Below, one piece after another: positions 8,550 to 17,975 of a DNA stretch of 64,000 nucleotides. The notes beneath the pieces are model-generated. The model did not search any database. It was given only the letters and a program-made list of their open reading frames with translations, and had not been told where the DNA came from. Made by a program: the position numbers and the translations under genes. Source of the DNA: an uncultured virus (IMG/VR IMGVR_UViG_3300026408_000032) (taxonomy: Duplodnaviria > Heunggongvirae > Uroviricota > Caudoviricetes); IMG/VR virus record IMGVR_UViG_3300026408_000032. One strand, written 5' to 3'. Within the stretch, counting starts at the first letter, position 1, and each line of letters begins with the position of its first letter.

Positions 8550-9962
8550 TTAGCGTCCGGCGATCAGCGCCAGATGGGCCAGGCTCAACGGTTGATCGTC
8601 ATCCGAAGCTGATGGCACAACCGGTGGAGCGCCGCTGTAGAGAACTTGTCCGGTCTTGGCGTGTTTGACGTTGCCCGTGCCGAGCGCCATGTAGGATGGC
8701 TTGCCGCCGCCCTCGAACTTGTTCGGGTATTTCACTGCGTCGTAACCGTTGGAGACAAGCCAGTCGCGAACCGCTGCATTCTGTTCGGCCTGCGGTTTTC
8801 CTGAGATGTCGTCGATCAGGCTTGGCGGTGCAATCCCGTCTTTGACGAGCTGCCTAGCGAGGGGCAGGCCGGAATAGTTCGGCGTCACGTCGCGGCTGAT
8901 CGCGGCCGGGTTCTGAATATCCATCTCAACCGGGATATTGCGATACTTCATGTAGGAAATCGGATTGCCGTTGGCACGGATGTAGGCGCGGTTATTGGCG
9001 GTTCCCTTGTCTCCGAAGTGAAATCCGACTTCATTGGTGAAAGCGGGATCGAATTTATCGAAACTGGCGTTTGTTGCGTGGAAGGCTTGGACCGGAGGCG
9101 CTTCGGCTCCGGCAACGGCGGCGCCTGCTATGGAAGGCTTGCCGGTGTCGGAGAATAGGGTTTCGCCCGTCGTGGCGCTTCTCACTGATCCCGGCTTAAA
9201 AACGCTTGTGACGTTCTGGCTTGGCCTTTCCCCGCTCGTAATGATGCCGGTGTAGCCTTGGTCTTCGAGCATCTTGAGCGTCTTCGCTTGATTGCGGCCG
9301 TTAGCGTGCAGTAACGAAAAATAATCCTCCATCGACGCCAGCGGGCCTTGTACATCGACTGGAAAGACCCGCGATCCGTTTTGCTCGAAAGCAAACTGAG
9401 AGGCGTATTCCGGGCTGGACGAAAAATACACACCAGGGCCAAACGAACCGGACTCGCTCGGCTTGAATGTCGAGAAGTCCGCCGTCGTGCCGTGATACAT
9501 GCGCTGCGGGGCGGATTCTGCTGCCTCTCGAAGCGCACCAGCAGCCAAGCCGCCCTTCGGAATCGCAGCGGCCGGGTTCAGTGCATTGCCGCCGTACAAA
9601 GACAACAGCCCCGTCAACACGTCCTGCTGATTCTGCGGGTTCTCCGGGTTTGGAATCGCGATATTGCCTTGATCATCGACTGAGTTTTCTGCCAGCCGTT
9701 GCAGAGCGCTAATAGGCTCTGTTACCGCGCCGACCAGCATCTTTGCCGGGCTTTCCGCGATGTTCAGGAGAGATTCGCCCAAGCTCGGCTGAGGTTGCGG
9801 CGCGTGCATTTCATAAATGCGCCGGCCGTTGGCATCGTAGGGGTTGCCCTGCTCATCGCGATAGACAACAGATCCGACGTTGGCGAGATCGGGCGCCGCT
9901 GGCGCTTCCCCCCATCCCTTCGGGTTTTCAGCCGCAAGATCGAGAAGGGTCTTAGCGGCCAT
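8550..9962 (-). CDS. Protein with two ART-PolyVal-like (ADP-ribosyltransferase-fold) domains
   Basis: YHGT..F..F..G.GVYFS..YA..GYTG and FHAT..FDKF..GFHFG..GYDA; follows the ejection genes. Confidence 0.7.
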   Translation of the reverse strand: MAAKTLLDLAAENPKGWGEAPAAPDLANVGSVVYRDEQGNPYDANGRRIYEMHAPQPQPSLGESLLNIAESPAKMLVGAVTEPISALQRLAENSVDDQGNIAIPNPENPQNQQDVLTGLLSLYGGNALNPAAAIPKGGLAAGALREAAESAPQRMYHGTTADFSTFKPSESGSFGPGVYFSSSPEYASQFAFEQNGSRVFPVDVQGPLASMEDYFSLLHANGRNQAKTLKMLEDQGYTGIITSGERPSQNVTSVFKPGSVRSATTGETLFSDTGKPSIAGAAVAGAEAPPVQAFHATNASFDKFDPAFTNEVGFHFGDKGTANNRAYIRANGNPISYMKYRNIPVEMDIQNPAAISRDVTPNYSGLPLARQLVKDGIAPPSLIDDISGKPQAEQNAAVRDWLVSNGYDAVKYPNKFEGGGKPSYMALGTGNVKHAKTGQVLYSGAPPVVPSASDDDQPLSLAHLALIAGR

Positions 9963-10131
9963 TACCGACCTCATAAAGCGGGTTGAGTTGCTGCTGCGAG
10001 TCCGTTTGTCGGCTCATACCAACGTCATAGAGAGAGCCATCGTCTTTCTTGGGTGTTTCAGCGCCTTTCCATTTGCCGGTTGCGTGCCGGGGCTGGTAAA
10101 AGGAGTGATGCTGTTTCGTCGAAGACGACAT
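9952..10131 (-). CDS. Small hypothetical protein (59 aa)
   Basis: ATG 10131 with AGGA SD; stop overlaps the start of the next gene. Confidence 0.4.
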   Translation of the reverse strand: MSSSTKQHHSFYQPRHATGKWKGAETPKKDDGSLYDVGMSRQTDSQQQLNPLYEVGNGR

Positions 10132-10143
10132 TTCCTATCCCCG

Positions 10144-10344
10144 ATGGATCGCTTCCGCTTGTGGCTCGGCCGCTCGCCAAGAATCCTGGCGGTGCTGATA
10201 TTCCTAACGACGACCTTGGTAATGACCGCCCTTGGCTGGTGGATGATGTGGGCGCGTGAGCATCACCGATGGGATCACATCGGGTTATTTTTGGTCGGTG
10301 TCGTGGTGTTGGTCTGGTCGCAGCGTTACTGGGACCGGGACTGA
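10144..10344 (+). CDS. Small two-TM protein antisense to the ejection genes (superinfection-exclusion candidate)
   Basis: Two hydrophobic helices, Trp-rich; start uncertain (10108 possible). Confidence 0.55.
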   Translation: MDRFRLWLGRSPRILAVLIFLTTTLVMTALGWWMMWAREHHRWDHIGLFLVGVVVLVWSQRYWDRD

Positions 10345-12866
10345 GCGTCAGCCTGTCCGATAGCGCCGGCAAGGGGCGCGAGGTTTGGACGTGGCGGCCG
10401 AACAACGGCACGAATAGCCTGCTCTGCTGCCGCCTTGTTCCAACGACTCGGTAGGCCAGAAAATTCGAGAGCCGTTCTCACCGGCTTGCCGACGCCGAAC
10501 GAGTCCAGAAGCCGGAACAAACTCTCTTTCGCAAACTGTGCCGCCGCATAGCCGGAGCCGGAGGCATTCGGTGGGGTAAAGGAAACAGCCTCAAGCGCCT
10601 TGGCAAACTCCCGCATCTGCCGCAGCTCGGTGGGAGCATAGAGCGTCTGCATCAGGCTGTTTTGGCCTTGAATGGCCGACTTCAGGTTATTCAGAATAGC
10701 GGTTGGTCCAAGCATCTCGCCATTTCGGCCTGTCACAATCCGCGACCAGTGCGCGAGACGAATATCGTTCCATGCCTGGTTGGCTTCGTCTGGAGACGCG
10801 AACCGTTTAAGAGCGGCCTTGATATTGCTGAGGGTGCTGATCGTGCCGGGGCTAACGCCTTTCTGGCCCGCAGAGCCGAGCAGCGTGTTGATGACGGCCT
10901 CGCCGCTATCGGTCTTTGACGTATCGAGCAGCTTCGCGATGCGCTGGCCAGCCGGAGAAACGGTTCCGTCGGCATTCTTCGGCTGGAATATGTTGCGCAC
11001 ATCCTTGGAGAAGCCCCGCGCCTTCGCCAATTGGATCGCAGTTGCAGGATCACCGTTCAGAAGTCCCTGCTCTGCCGCATCACCGAGCCAATCCGTGTAG
11101 GATTGATAGATCGATCGAGCCGCCGCGCGATCCGTGTTCGTCGTCGCATCATCCAGCATCATTCCAAGAGCTTTGCGAACGCCGTCAACATCGCGTGCAC
11201 CTTCAAGGCCAAGCGAGTTATGAAGTGCCGAGTTTGGTTTCCGGCCGGCCATGAAGTCATTCAGATAGTTCCACATCTTGTAGGATGCCGGCGTGTTCTC
11301 GGGACTTATGGCGTGCGCGAACGGTTCGAGGTTCTTTTTCAGCGCATCTTTGAGAAGCGGCGCCGCCTCCATTTGCAAAGTCGTTTGCTTGACCCCTGTC
11401 AAGGGCGTCATGGAATCCGGCGCTTCGGTTGCAACCGCTTTCGGCGTCAGGGCCTCGTCAGGCCAGAGAGCCGATTCCTGCTTGCGAGCCGCTTCCCGCG
11501 CCTGTTGCAGCGTGCTCTGCACGTTGTTGCCGAGTGCTGAGGGCAAGCGATCTGCAGGGTTGCCGCCGGGCTGACGGCCAGGATTGAGCGTTTCTCCTAT
11601 ACCCTGCTTGGGCGCGGTTGTTCCGAGATTGGGCGTGGCGCTGTTCGCATCCTGACCAAACGCAGCATAGCGGATCGCATCCGACTGTGTTCGGCGGAAA
11701 TCCTGCATCGTTTTTTCAGCGGCCGGCCCGTAGTTACCGCGCGCCATGCCTTCTTCCTGCGTCAAAAGACGAGGCAGTTTGGTAATTTGCCCTTCCGTCG
11801 CGGGAATGCCGAACCGTTCGAGTCCGGCCTGTGTCGCGGCGTTGGCCGGGTCGCCGGATGTCGCCAGCGATTTCGCGAACGATTGCGCAAAGTCCGGCGT
11901 AATGTCCGCCGGATCAAGTCCGGCCTGCCTCGCGGCTTCGATGCCCTTCGTCGTCAACTGCCCGGTCGTTTTGTCGATCAATCCCGGAACGGTGACGAAC
12001 TTGCGCCAAAGCGCCGCCCCTGTGCTCGCCAGCGGCTCTGCTGCCGCTCCAAAGCCTCCTACAATCGCGGCCTTGGTCGGATCGATACCCTGTTCCGATC
12101 CCTGCGCCGTCGCCGCGACATCGCCCGCAATGCTCGTTCCGGCATTACCGGCGAATTGGCCAAGCATCCGCAGACCGACGCCCGCTCCTTTCAGCGCGGT
12201 GCCCGTTACGCCTCCCACCGCGAGATAAGGCAATGATCCATATCCGGCGCGGGCTACATCCTGAAGGTCAAGACCGGGCTTGTTCACATAGCCCATCTGC
12301 TCCTGACCGTCCGGGCCTCGGGTTACAAAGATGTCGTAGCCGTTGGCGTCTTTCTCCCGGCGAATGAACTTGTCGCCAAGGTTTTTCTGAATGATGTCGC
12401 CCATCGCCGCGTCATCGGCGCCGAACGTCGCGGCTGCGGCGGTAGGAGATTCCAACTCACCGGGGAACTGATCGAAAACGGTCCCCACATCCTTGAACCG
12501 ATGATCCTGCTTGCCTTCTATGTCCTGCATACGGCGTCCGAGCCATGTTGAGGCATCAGGCGTCGCATTGGGATCGGGCGCGTTCGTTGGCTCCGCAGTA
12601 CTGTCGCCGCCAACACCGGCTGCGGCCTTGAAGTAATCGACGACCGGAACAATGCTGGCTTCCTGCGGCGCGGACCGTTCCGGCGAAGCAACGGCGGACG
12701 GCTGAGGCTGCGCCGCCTGTTGTGGCGTTCTCAGATTGGCGAAGTCATCATAGCGCGGACCAATGCCGCCCTTGAGCCCGCCTTGTGGCGCGGGTGCGTC
12801 AGGCTGACGGCGCTGTTCCTGATCGGGCTGGCCGATGCCGGTTGCGAGCGCGAAGTAATCGGTCAA
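10326..12866 (-). CDS. Large DNA ejection protein (P22 gp16-like position)
   Basis: 846 aa, Ala/Gly-rich; synteny. Confidence 0.7.
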   Translation of the reverse strand: MTDYFALATGIGQPDQEQRRQPDAPAPQGGLKGGIGPRYDDFANLRTPQQAAQPQPSAVASPERSAPQEASIVPVVDYFKAAAGVGGDSTAEPTNAPDPNATPDASTWLGRRMQDIEGKQDHRFKDVGTVFDQFPGELESPTAAAATFGADDAAMGDIIQKNLGDKFIRREKDANGYDIFVTRGPDGQEQMGYVNKPGLDLQDVARAGYGSLPYLAVGGVTGTALKGAGVGLRMLGQFAGNAGTSIAGDVAATAQGSEQGIDPTKAAIVGGFGAAAEPLASTGAALWRKFVTVPGLIDKTTGQLTTKGIEAARQAGLDPADITPDFAQSFAKSLATSGDPANAATQAGLERFGIPATEGQITKLPRLLTQEEGMARGNYGPAAEKTMQDFRRTQSDAIRYAAFGQDANSATPNLGTTAPKQGIGETLNPGRQPGGNPADRLPSALGNNVQSTLQQAREAARKQESALWPDEALTPKAVATEAPDSMTPLTGVKQTTLQMEAAPLLKDALKKNLEPFAHAISPENTPASYKMWNYLNDFMAGRKPNSALHNSLGLEGARDVDGVRKALGMMLDDATTNTDRAAARSIYQSYTDWLGDAAEQGLLNGDPATAIQLAKARGFSKDVRNIFQPKNADGTVSPAGQRIAKLLDTSKTDSGEAVINTLLGSAGQKGVSPGTISTLSNIKAALKRFASPDEANQAWNDIRLAHWSRIVTGRNGEMLGPTAILNNLKSAIQGQNSLMQTLYAPTELRQMREFAKALEAVSFTPPNASGSGYAAAQFAKESLFRLLDSFGVGKPVRTALEFSGLPSRWNKAAAEQAIRAVVRPPRPNLAPLAGAIGQADAQSRSQ

Positions 12867-14491
12867 ATTCCGAACTCCTGCTTGATCTTCTTTGTTACCG
12901 TCTGATCGAGCTGCATCGGGGATGCTTTCGGGAACTGCTGCTGAAGCTGCTGCCGAAGCTGCTGGCCGCGTTGGTTGATGATCTGCGGCATATCATTGAC
13001 GGCAATACCCGCTTCCCACGGCTTGCCCTGGAAGCCCTGAGATCGGAGATAGTTTTGCCGTGCAAACGCGGCTTTCTGCCAGGCAATGGAATTATCCAGC
13101 TTGGCTTCGAACTCAGGCGGGGAGTCGCCGTCTCCGATTCCCTGTCCGGGGTTCGGCAAGACTTGAAGCTGGCGCTCCATTTCCTGCGGCGTGACAGCGA
13201 CGCCCGACATGGCTTTCAGGGTATCGTTCACGACCTTGAACGACGACTGCCGGAAAGTCGTATAGTTCTTCAGATCCTGCGCATCTTCCGGCTTGATATT
13301 GCCGAGTTTTGAGACGAGGCCGTTCCAGGCATAGCCAAGCCGGTTCTGGATATTGAGGAACTTCGGATCGTAAGACTTCTTGATGTTGTCGAGCGCGGCG
13401 ATCTGGTTGACGGTCGCCACACTATCTTTGTCGTTCTGATTGGCGCCGGTCTGGCCGAGCTTCTGCTGGCCGCCAGAGGCCGCATCGATCATCATCTTGC
13501 CAAATTCGCCACGGCCTCGTGCCGCCGACAAAGCGCCGATCGTGCGGGCTTGGTCGCGGCTCATGGGACCGAGCGGGGTTTGCACGATCTCATTGCCGGG
13601 GAGCGAATAGACGGCTCCCGGTGACTGCGGCTGAGGCGTTGGGGCCGGAGTCTCTGGCGTTGATGTCTCATTGCCCGTTAGAACGACGCCAGGGGCAGGC
13701 TGCGGCGGCTGGCCCGGTGTGATGGTGACATTGCTGGCCGGTTGCAGCATCGGCTGCTGCGGTGCTCCCTCGTATGATTGCGGCTGGAATGTCGCCGGCG
13801 GCTGCGATCGTGTGGGAGCGGCTGTCTGTCCCGGTTGCGGATTGAGTTTGCTGGCGAGGAACGTCGCGAGCGGATCGTCGGCTTTCTGCCGCGCAGCCTC
13901 GGCCTGCGCCCGCGCCAGATCGATCGAGGCTCGGTCCTTCTCAAGACCCAGCTTCTGCGCTTCCAGATCGTTGGGGTCTTGATACCCCTTGTAACCTTGC
14001 GCTTCTGAAATCCCGTGCGAGAACACCGCATCCGGGTTTGAGGTATCAATCCCGTCCGCCTCAAACGCCGACTTCATTTTTGGATCAAGCGCGAACATGC
14101 GATTGAGAATGGCGCCCTTGCGGTTCGGGTCAGTTTCGCTCAAGCCGATCTGTGACAGGCCACCGACGCGATTGACCAACACCGCCTGATCCTGTGCCGC
14201 ATTCCGTTTCTGCGTTGCGGCGGTGTTTTGTAGGTTGATGCCTTGATCGAGATAGCCGGCGTTGAACAGCTCGTTCTCCGCTCCTGACGTGTCCCCCGCC
14301 GCGATCTTGGCGCCGGCCGCTTGCCGGATGGCGAGGTCCTTCGCTTCCTTGTTGGACTTGGCGAGTGCATCCAGTCCTTCATTGATCGGAGAAAGGTCCA
14401 AGCGTTGTCGCTCGGGCATTTGCAGCGCGGGCAATCTTGCCGGGGTCCAGTGAAAATCAGCCATTAGTTGCCTCTTTGCCTTAAAGCGCAA
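12863..14491 (-). CDS. DNA ejection protein (gp20-like position)
   Basis: Q/P-rich linker, synteny; true start may be slightly downstream. Confidence 0.65.
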   Translation of the reverse strand: MRFKAKRQLMADFHWTPARLPALQMPERQRLDLSPINEGLDALAKSNKEAKDLAIRQAAGAKIAAGDTSGAENELFNAGYLDQGINLQNTAATQKRNAAQDQAVLVNRVGGLSQIGLSETDPNRKGAILNRMFALDPKMKSAFEADGIDTSNPDAVFSHGISEAQGYKGYQDPNDLEAQKLGLEKDRASIDLARAQAEAARQKADDPLATFLASKLNPQPGQTAAPTRSQPPATFQPQSYEGAPQQPMLQPASNVTITPGQPPQPAPGVVLTGNETSTPETPAPTPQPQSPGAVYSLPGNEIVQTPLGPMSRDQARTIGALSAARGRGEFGKMMIDAASGGQQKLGQTGANQNDKDSVATVNQIAALDNIKKSYDPKFLNIQNRLGYAWNGLVSKLGNIKPEDAQDLKNYTTFRQSSFKVVNDTLKAMSGVAVTPQEMERQLQVLPNPGQGIGDGDSPPEFEAKLDNSIAWQKAAFARQNYLRSQGFQGKPWEAGIAVNDMPQIINQRGQQLRQQLQQQFPKASPMQLDQTVTKKIKQEFGI

Positions 14492-15563
14492 ACGCTTTCA
14501 TCGCCGTTCCGGCAGCCTGAGCGAGATCGTTGAAAATGCCGCTGTTCGCCCTGCTCTGTGCCATCGCGTTTCCGAGGTTCAGCCTGTTCGCAGCGTCCTG
14601 ATCCCCGGAGTTCAGCGCGATATTCGCCAGGGCATTGCCTTGTCCAAGTTGAAGGTTTGAAATCCCCGTTCCCTTGTTCACTTCCAAGCCCGAAACCTGA
14701 TTGGCGTGATTGGTTGAAAGGTTGGCTGAATCCTTACCGAAGCCCGTTTGCAATCCCGCGACGTTGTTGCCGGTGTTCGTCGCAATATCGGCAAGAGAAT
14801 TGCCGGTGTTGGTTTCCAGATTGGCGATGTTGCCAAAGACCCCCGCCGTCTGCGCCCCGGCGTTCTGTTCGCGTCCCGCAAGGCTGTCCGACGCCTGCAA
14901 GCCGCGCGTCGCGACGTTGTTCAGGCGTTCGAGGTAATTGTTCAGATCGGTCGAACCGCGTTCCAGATTGGCGCGGGACAAGGCCAGATCGGTTCGACCT
15001 GAGTTCTTCATGCCCGCGGCGTTCTGCGCCTGGATGATCGCTTTATTGGCGAGTTCGGCGTTGTATTCGCGAAAGGGATCGTTGGCGGCATAGTTGTCAA
15101 AGAACGCCGCCGCGTCTTCGGGCGATCCGGTCAAGCCAAGGGCGGTGTTGTAAAGGTCGTTAGCCTTCGTGCCGCTGTCGATATAGGGCTGCGCAAGGCT
15201 GCGCCCAGCCGCGGCAGCGCCCTCGATCGCATCGTTGGCGTTGCCATAGGCCGTCCGCGCAGCATCAGCGCCCTGATTGACGTAGTTGGTAGCGCTGGTT
15301 TCCGCATCGCGAAGCGTCTGTGTAGAATCCGTCAGACCTTGGGTCAGCGCATCGAGGCTCGTATCATACCCTTGATTGGCGGTATCGATGGCGGAATCAT
15401 AGCCGGAGCCAAGCGTGCCGATGGCCTGTCCCGTCGATGTGGTGATTTGGCCTTTTGCTTCCGCTCGTGCCGCATCGAGGCGCTTCTGAGCCGCCGCCTG
15501 CGCACGTCGCAATTCGTCACGCGCGCCGGAATCATCGCCAAACAGCGTCGAGAAAAGACCCAT
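14481..15563 (-). CDS. DNA ejection/pilot protein (gp7-like)
   Basis: MGLFS N-terminus, QPY..SG..A motif, A/G/N-rich repeats. Confidence 0.75.
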   Translation of the reverse strand: MGLFSTLFGDDSGARDELRRAQAAAQKRLDAARAEAKGQITTSTGQAIGTLGSGYDSAIDTANQGYDTSLDALTQGLTDSTQTLRDAETSATNYVNQGADAARTAYGNANDAIEGAAAAGRSLAQPYIDSGTKANDLYNTALGLTGSPEDAAAFFDNYAANDPFREYNAELANKAIIQAQNAAGMKNSGRTDLALSRANLERGSTDLNNYLERLNNVATRGLQASDSLAGREQNAGAQTAGVFGNIANLETNTGNSLADIATNTGNNVAGLQTGFGKDSANLSTNHANQVSGLEVNKGTGISNLQLGQGNALANIALNSGDQDAANRLNLGNAMAQSRANSGIFNDLAQAAGTAMKAFAL

Positions 15564-15578
15564 GATGCCCTCTGAAGA

Positions 15579-16916
15579 TTAGTAGTCGAATGCGCCGACG
15601 AGTGCGTTGACCTTGATCGTTGTCCCGCGATACGTGCGCGTATTGGTCAAGCGCGGGACTTTACGCTTGGCGGTCAGAACGAGTTTCCCGCCGGATATGG
15701 AGATGTAAAAGAACAGTGTTGCCGCCAACTGGCTGACGTTCCCAGATTGCTCCTGATAGCGTGAGCCACGCATCGGTAAGTTCTGGAAGTAGACGACGTT
15801 CGTTCCGCCCAAGGACCGTGTTTGCCCATCGAACGTCACGAGTCCGAGAACGTCCGTGGCATTTGGGTGAACGCTGCCAAGGTCATAGGTCAACGTCTCA
15901 TTGAGGTACGAGGTTAGGCTGGTGACTGTGCGTGACGGAATCGTCACCGTTTTGTTCAGCAATGCGTTCGAGATCAGAAACATGTTGCGGTCGGTATCGA
16001 GCACATTGCCGAACGTGATCCGCCCCGATCCGGCGTCGAAAGCCGGAGATGCCGCTGGCATGGCGGCGGACATTTTCTGGAGCGAGGCGGCGGAAGAATC
16101 CGTTCCCGGCCAGTTCCATCCGATGTCGTCAGTCGTTGATAGCGTGCGTTTGCTGGTGAGGTTGTAGCCGTTGACATTGAAGACGTAGCCGAGGGCGTGG
16201 GTCGTCGAACTCGATGGGTATCTCCCAATATCGATGCTCAGCGACCGGCCGCGATAGATCGGAACGGCGCCGCTCGTGTCCTTGTAGAAGTACCCGTAAT
16301 TGGTATCGAACCGGCCGCAACGTAGCCGCGAACCTGACGCCTCAAACCCGGAATTGAGCGGCGGCCGGACGAGGTTCCCGCTTCCGTCCAGCCCCATGTT
16401 GCAGACATAGACAGTATAATTGTAGACCGGACCCGATGAGGGGCGAAAGTTGCCGCCATTGATTTCCGTATAGAGGTAAACGTTGGTCGCGTCGGCGTAG
16501 ACGTTGAAAACGTGATAGCCCTGATCTGACCCGCTTGGAATATTGAAGTAAGAATCCCCAGCAAGCGGCAGATTGTGTCCGTCAACAGTCAGATAGCCTA
16601 TAACGATCGGTGTGTAGCTGAGACCGTGCGCAAAGAGCGTTCTTCGATACTTGTAGGGCGCAACATCTGGCGGTGGCGTTTCTTGCAAAACCCATCCGCC
16701 AGCGTTTACATAGAACGGGACGCTTCCGGTTTTGGCTGAGACAATCCCGAGGTAATCAACGTCCGGATGCCCGGCCCATTTCCAGTCACCGAAATTCGCC
16801 AGAGGATCAGCGAACGACGGGTCGGCTATATTGGCCGCTGTATCTCCCGGATCGGCGTTGATCATGATCGCGGCGCGGCTGGTATTGCCATCGACCACAA
16901 GCCTCGGAGATGCCAT
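15579..16916 (-). CDS. Tail-associated structural protein
   Basis: Beta-rich 445-aa ORF in the tail module. Confidence 0.65.
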   Translation of the reverse strand: MASPRLVVDGNTSRAAIMINADPGDTAANIADPSFADPLANFGDWKWAGHPDVDYLGIVSAKTGSVPFYVNAGGWVLQETPPPDVAPYKYRRTLFAHGLSYTPIVIGYLTVDGHNLPLAGDSYFNIPSGSDQGYHVFNVYADATNVYLYTEINGGNFRPSSGPVYNYTVYVCNMGLDGSGNLVRPPLNSGFEASGSRLRCGRFDTNYGYFYKDTSGAVPIYRGRSLSIDIGRYPSSSTTHALGYVFNVNGYNLTSKRTLSTTDDIGWNWPGTDSSAASLQKMSAAMPAASPAFDAGSGRITFGNVLDTDRNMFLISNALLNKTVTIPSRTVTSLTSYLNETLTYDLGSVHPNATDVLGLVTFDGQTRSLGGTNVVYFQNLPMRGSRYQEQSGNVSQLAATLFFYISISGGKLVLTAKRKVPRLTNTRTYRGTTIKVNALVGAFDY

Positions 16917-17975
16917 CTAGGGCTTCATCACGAAGGTATTGGCGCTGGCGTTGAGATCGAACTTACCGTCTGTCCGGTAAAGCCGCATATTCGGCAGATC
17001 GAACTTCAACGTGCCCGCTGGATTCTGGATCAGCCCCGCCGTCACCGTTCCGAGGTTTGCGGTGATGGCCGACAGGGTGTTGGCGACGATCTTGTCGGCG
17101 GTAATCGTATCATCAACGATTAGGTTGCCATTGATGCCGACCGAGGCGACGCCGTTGACCAGTCCGGCAATGAACGCTTGGATCGTCGTGCCGTTGAGCG
17201 TCGGATGCACAATAACGAAGTGATCGGCGAGAATGGCAAATGTCGTCAGGTTGTCGAGGCCGGAATTGAGTTCAAGGCCAGTTACCCGGCCGTTGCTGTT
17301 GATCTTGACGCCCCACTTCGCCTGCACGCCGTTGATCGAGGTCGTCTGTTCTGTGACCGTTGTCGTCAGATCGTCGACCTGGCTTGTTACCGTCGAGATG
17401 TTCGTCGCATTGACGCCATCCCCGGCAACACGGGCGCTTGCTTCACTTGTGATCGCGGCATTGAGTGTGCTGTCGGCGGTCTGGTAATTCGTCTCAACCG
17501 TATCGATGCGATCCGACAAGCCACCATCGGCACTGGCCCTGGCCGTTGCTTCGCTCGATATGTTCGATTGCAGCGTGAAGTCGGCGGCCTGATAGTCGGA
17601 CTCGATATTATCAATCCGGGTCGTTAGCGCCCCGTCCGCACTGGCCCTGGCCGTTTGCTCGCTCTGGATTTGTGAAGTAAACGAGGCTTCAAGCAGATCA
17701 TCGGCCGACTGGTAGTTGGCCGAGATGGTATCGATCTGACTGGCAAGCGCCGCGTCTTCATCGGCCCTGACTGTCTGTTCCTGCTCGATCGCCGCGTTGA
17801 TCGTGTCGATGTTCGTCGCTTGCGCCGCCAGCTTCTTTGAATTGTCGTTGGTGATTTCGAGAAGCGGCTTGATCCACTTCCACCAGTTTGGAGTCCACCG
17901 CCTGTAGCGGTCGATAATCGGCTCAGATTGGCTCGGCAGCGCGATTTGAGGGACCGTGGTTGATCCGTCTGCCAT
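16917..17975 (-). CDS. Tail needle/tip-like coiled-coil protein with J-like (DUF1983-like) C-terminus
   Basis: Repeats of E..ARASADGAL..RID; W.VKI..NG.V.G..F.I.AD.F motif. Confidence 0.7.
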   Translation of the reverse strand: MADGSTTVPQIALPSQSEPIIDRYRRWTPNWWKWIKPLLEITNDNSKKLAAQATNIDTINAAIEQEQTVRADEDAALASQIDTISANYQSADDLLEASFTSQIQSEQTARASADGALTTRIDNIESDYQAADFTLQSNISSEATARASADGGLSDRIDTVETNYQTADSTLNAAITSEASARVAGDGVNATNISTVTSQVDDLTTTVTEQTTSINGVQAKWGVKINSNGRVTGLELNSGLDNLTTFAILADHFVIVHPTLNGTTIQAFIAGLVNGVASVGINGNLIVDDTITADKIVANTLSAITANLGTVTAGLIQNPAGTLKFDLPNMRLYRTDGKFDLNASANTFVMKP

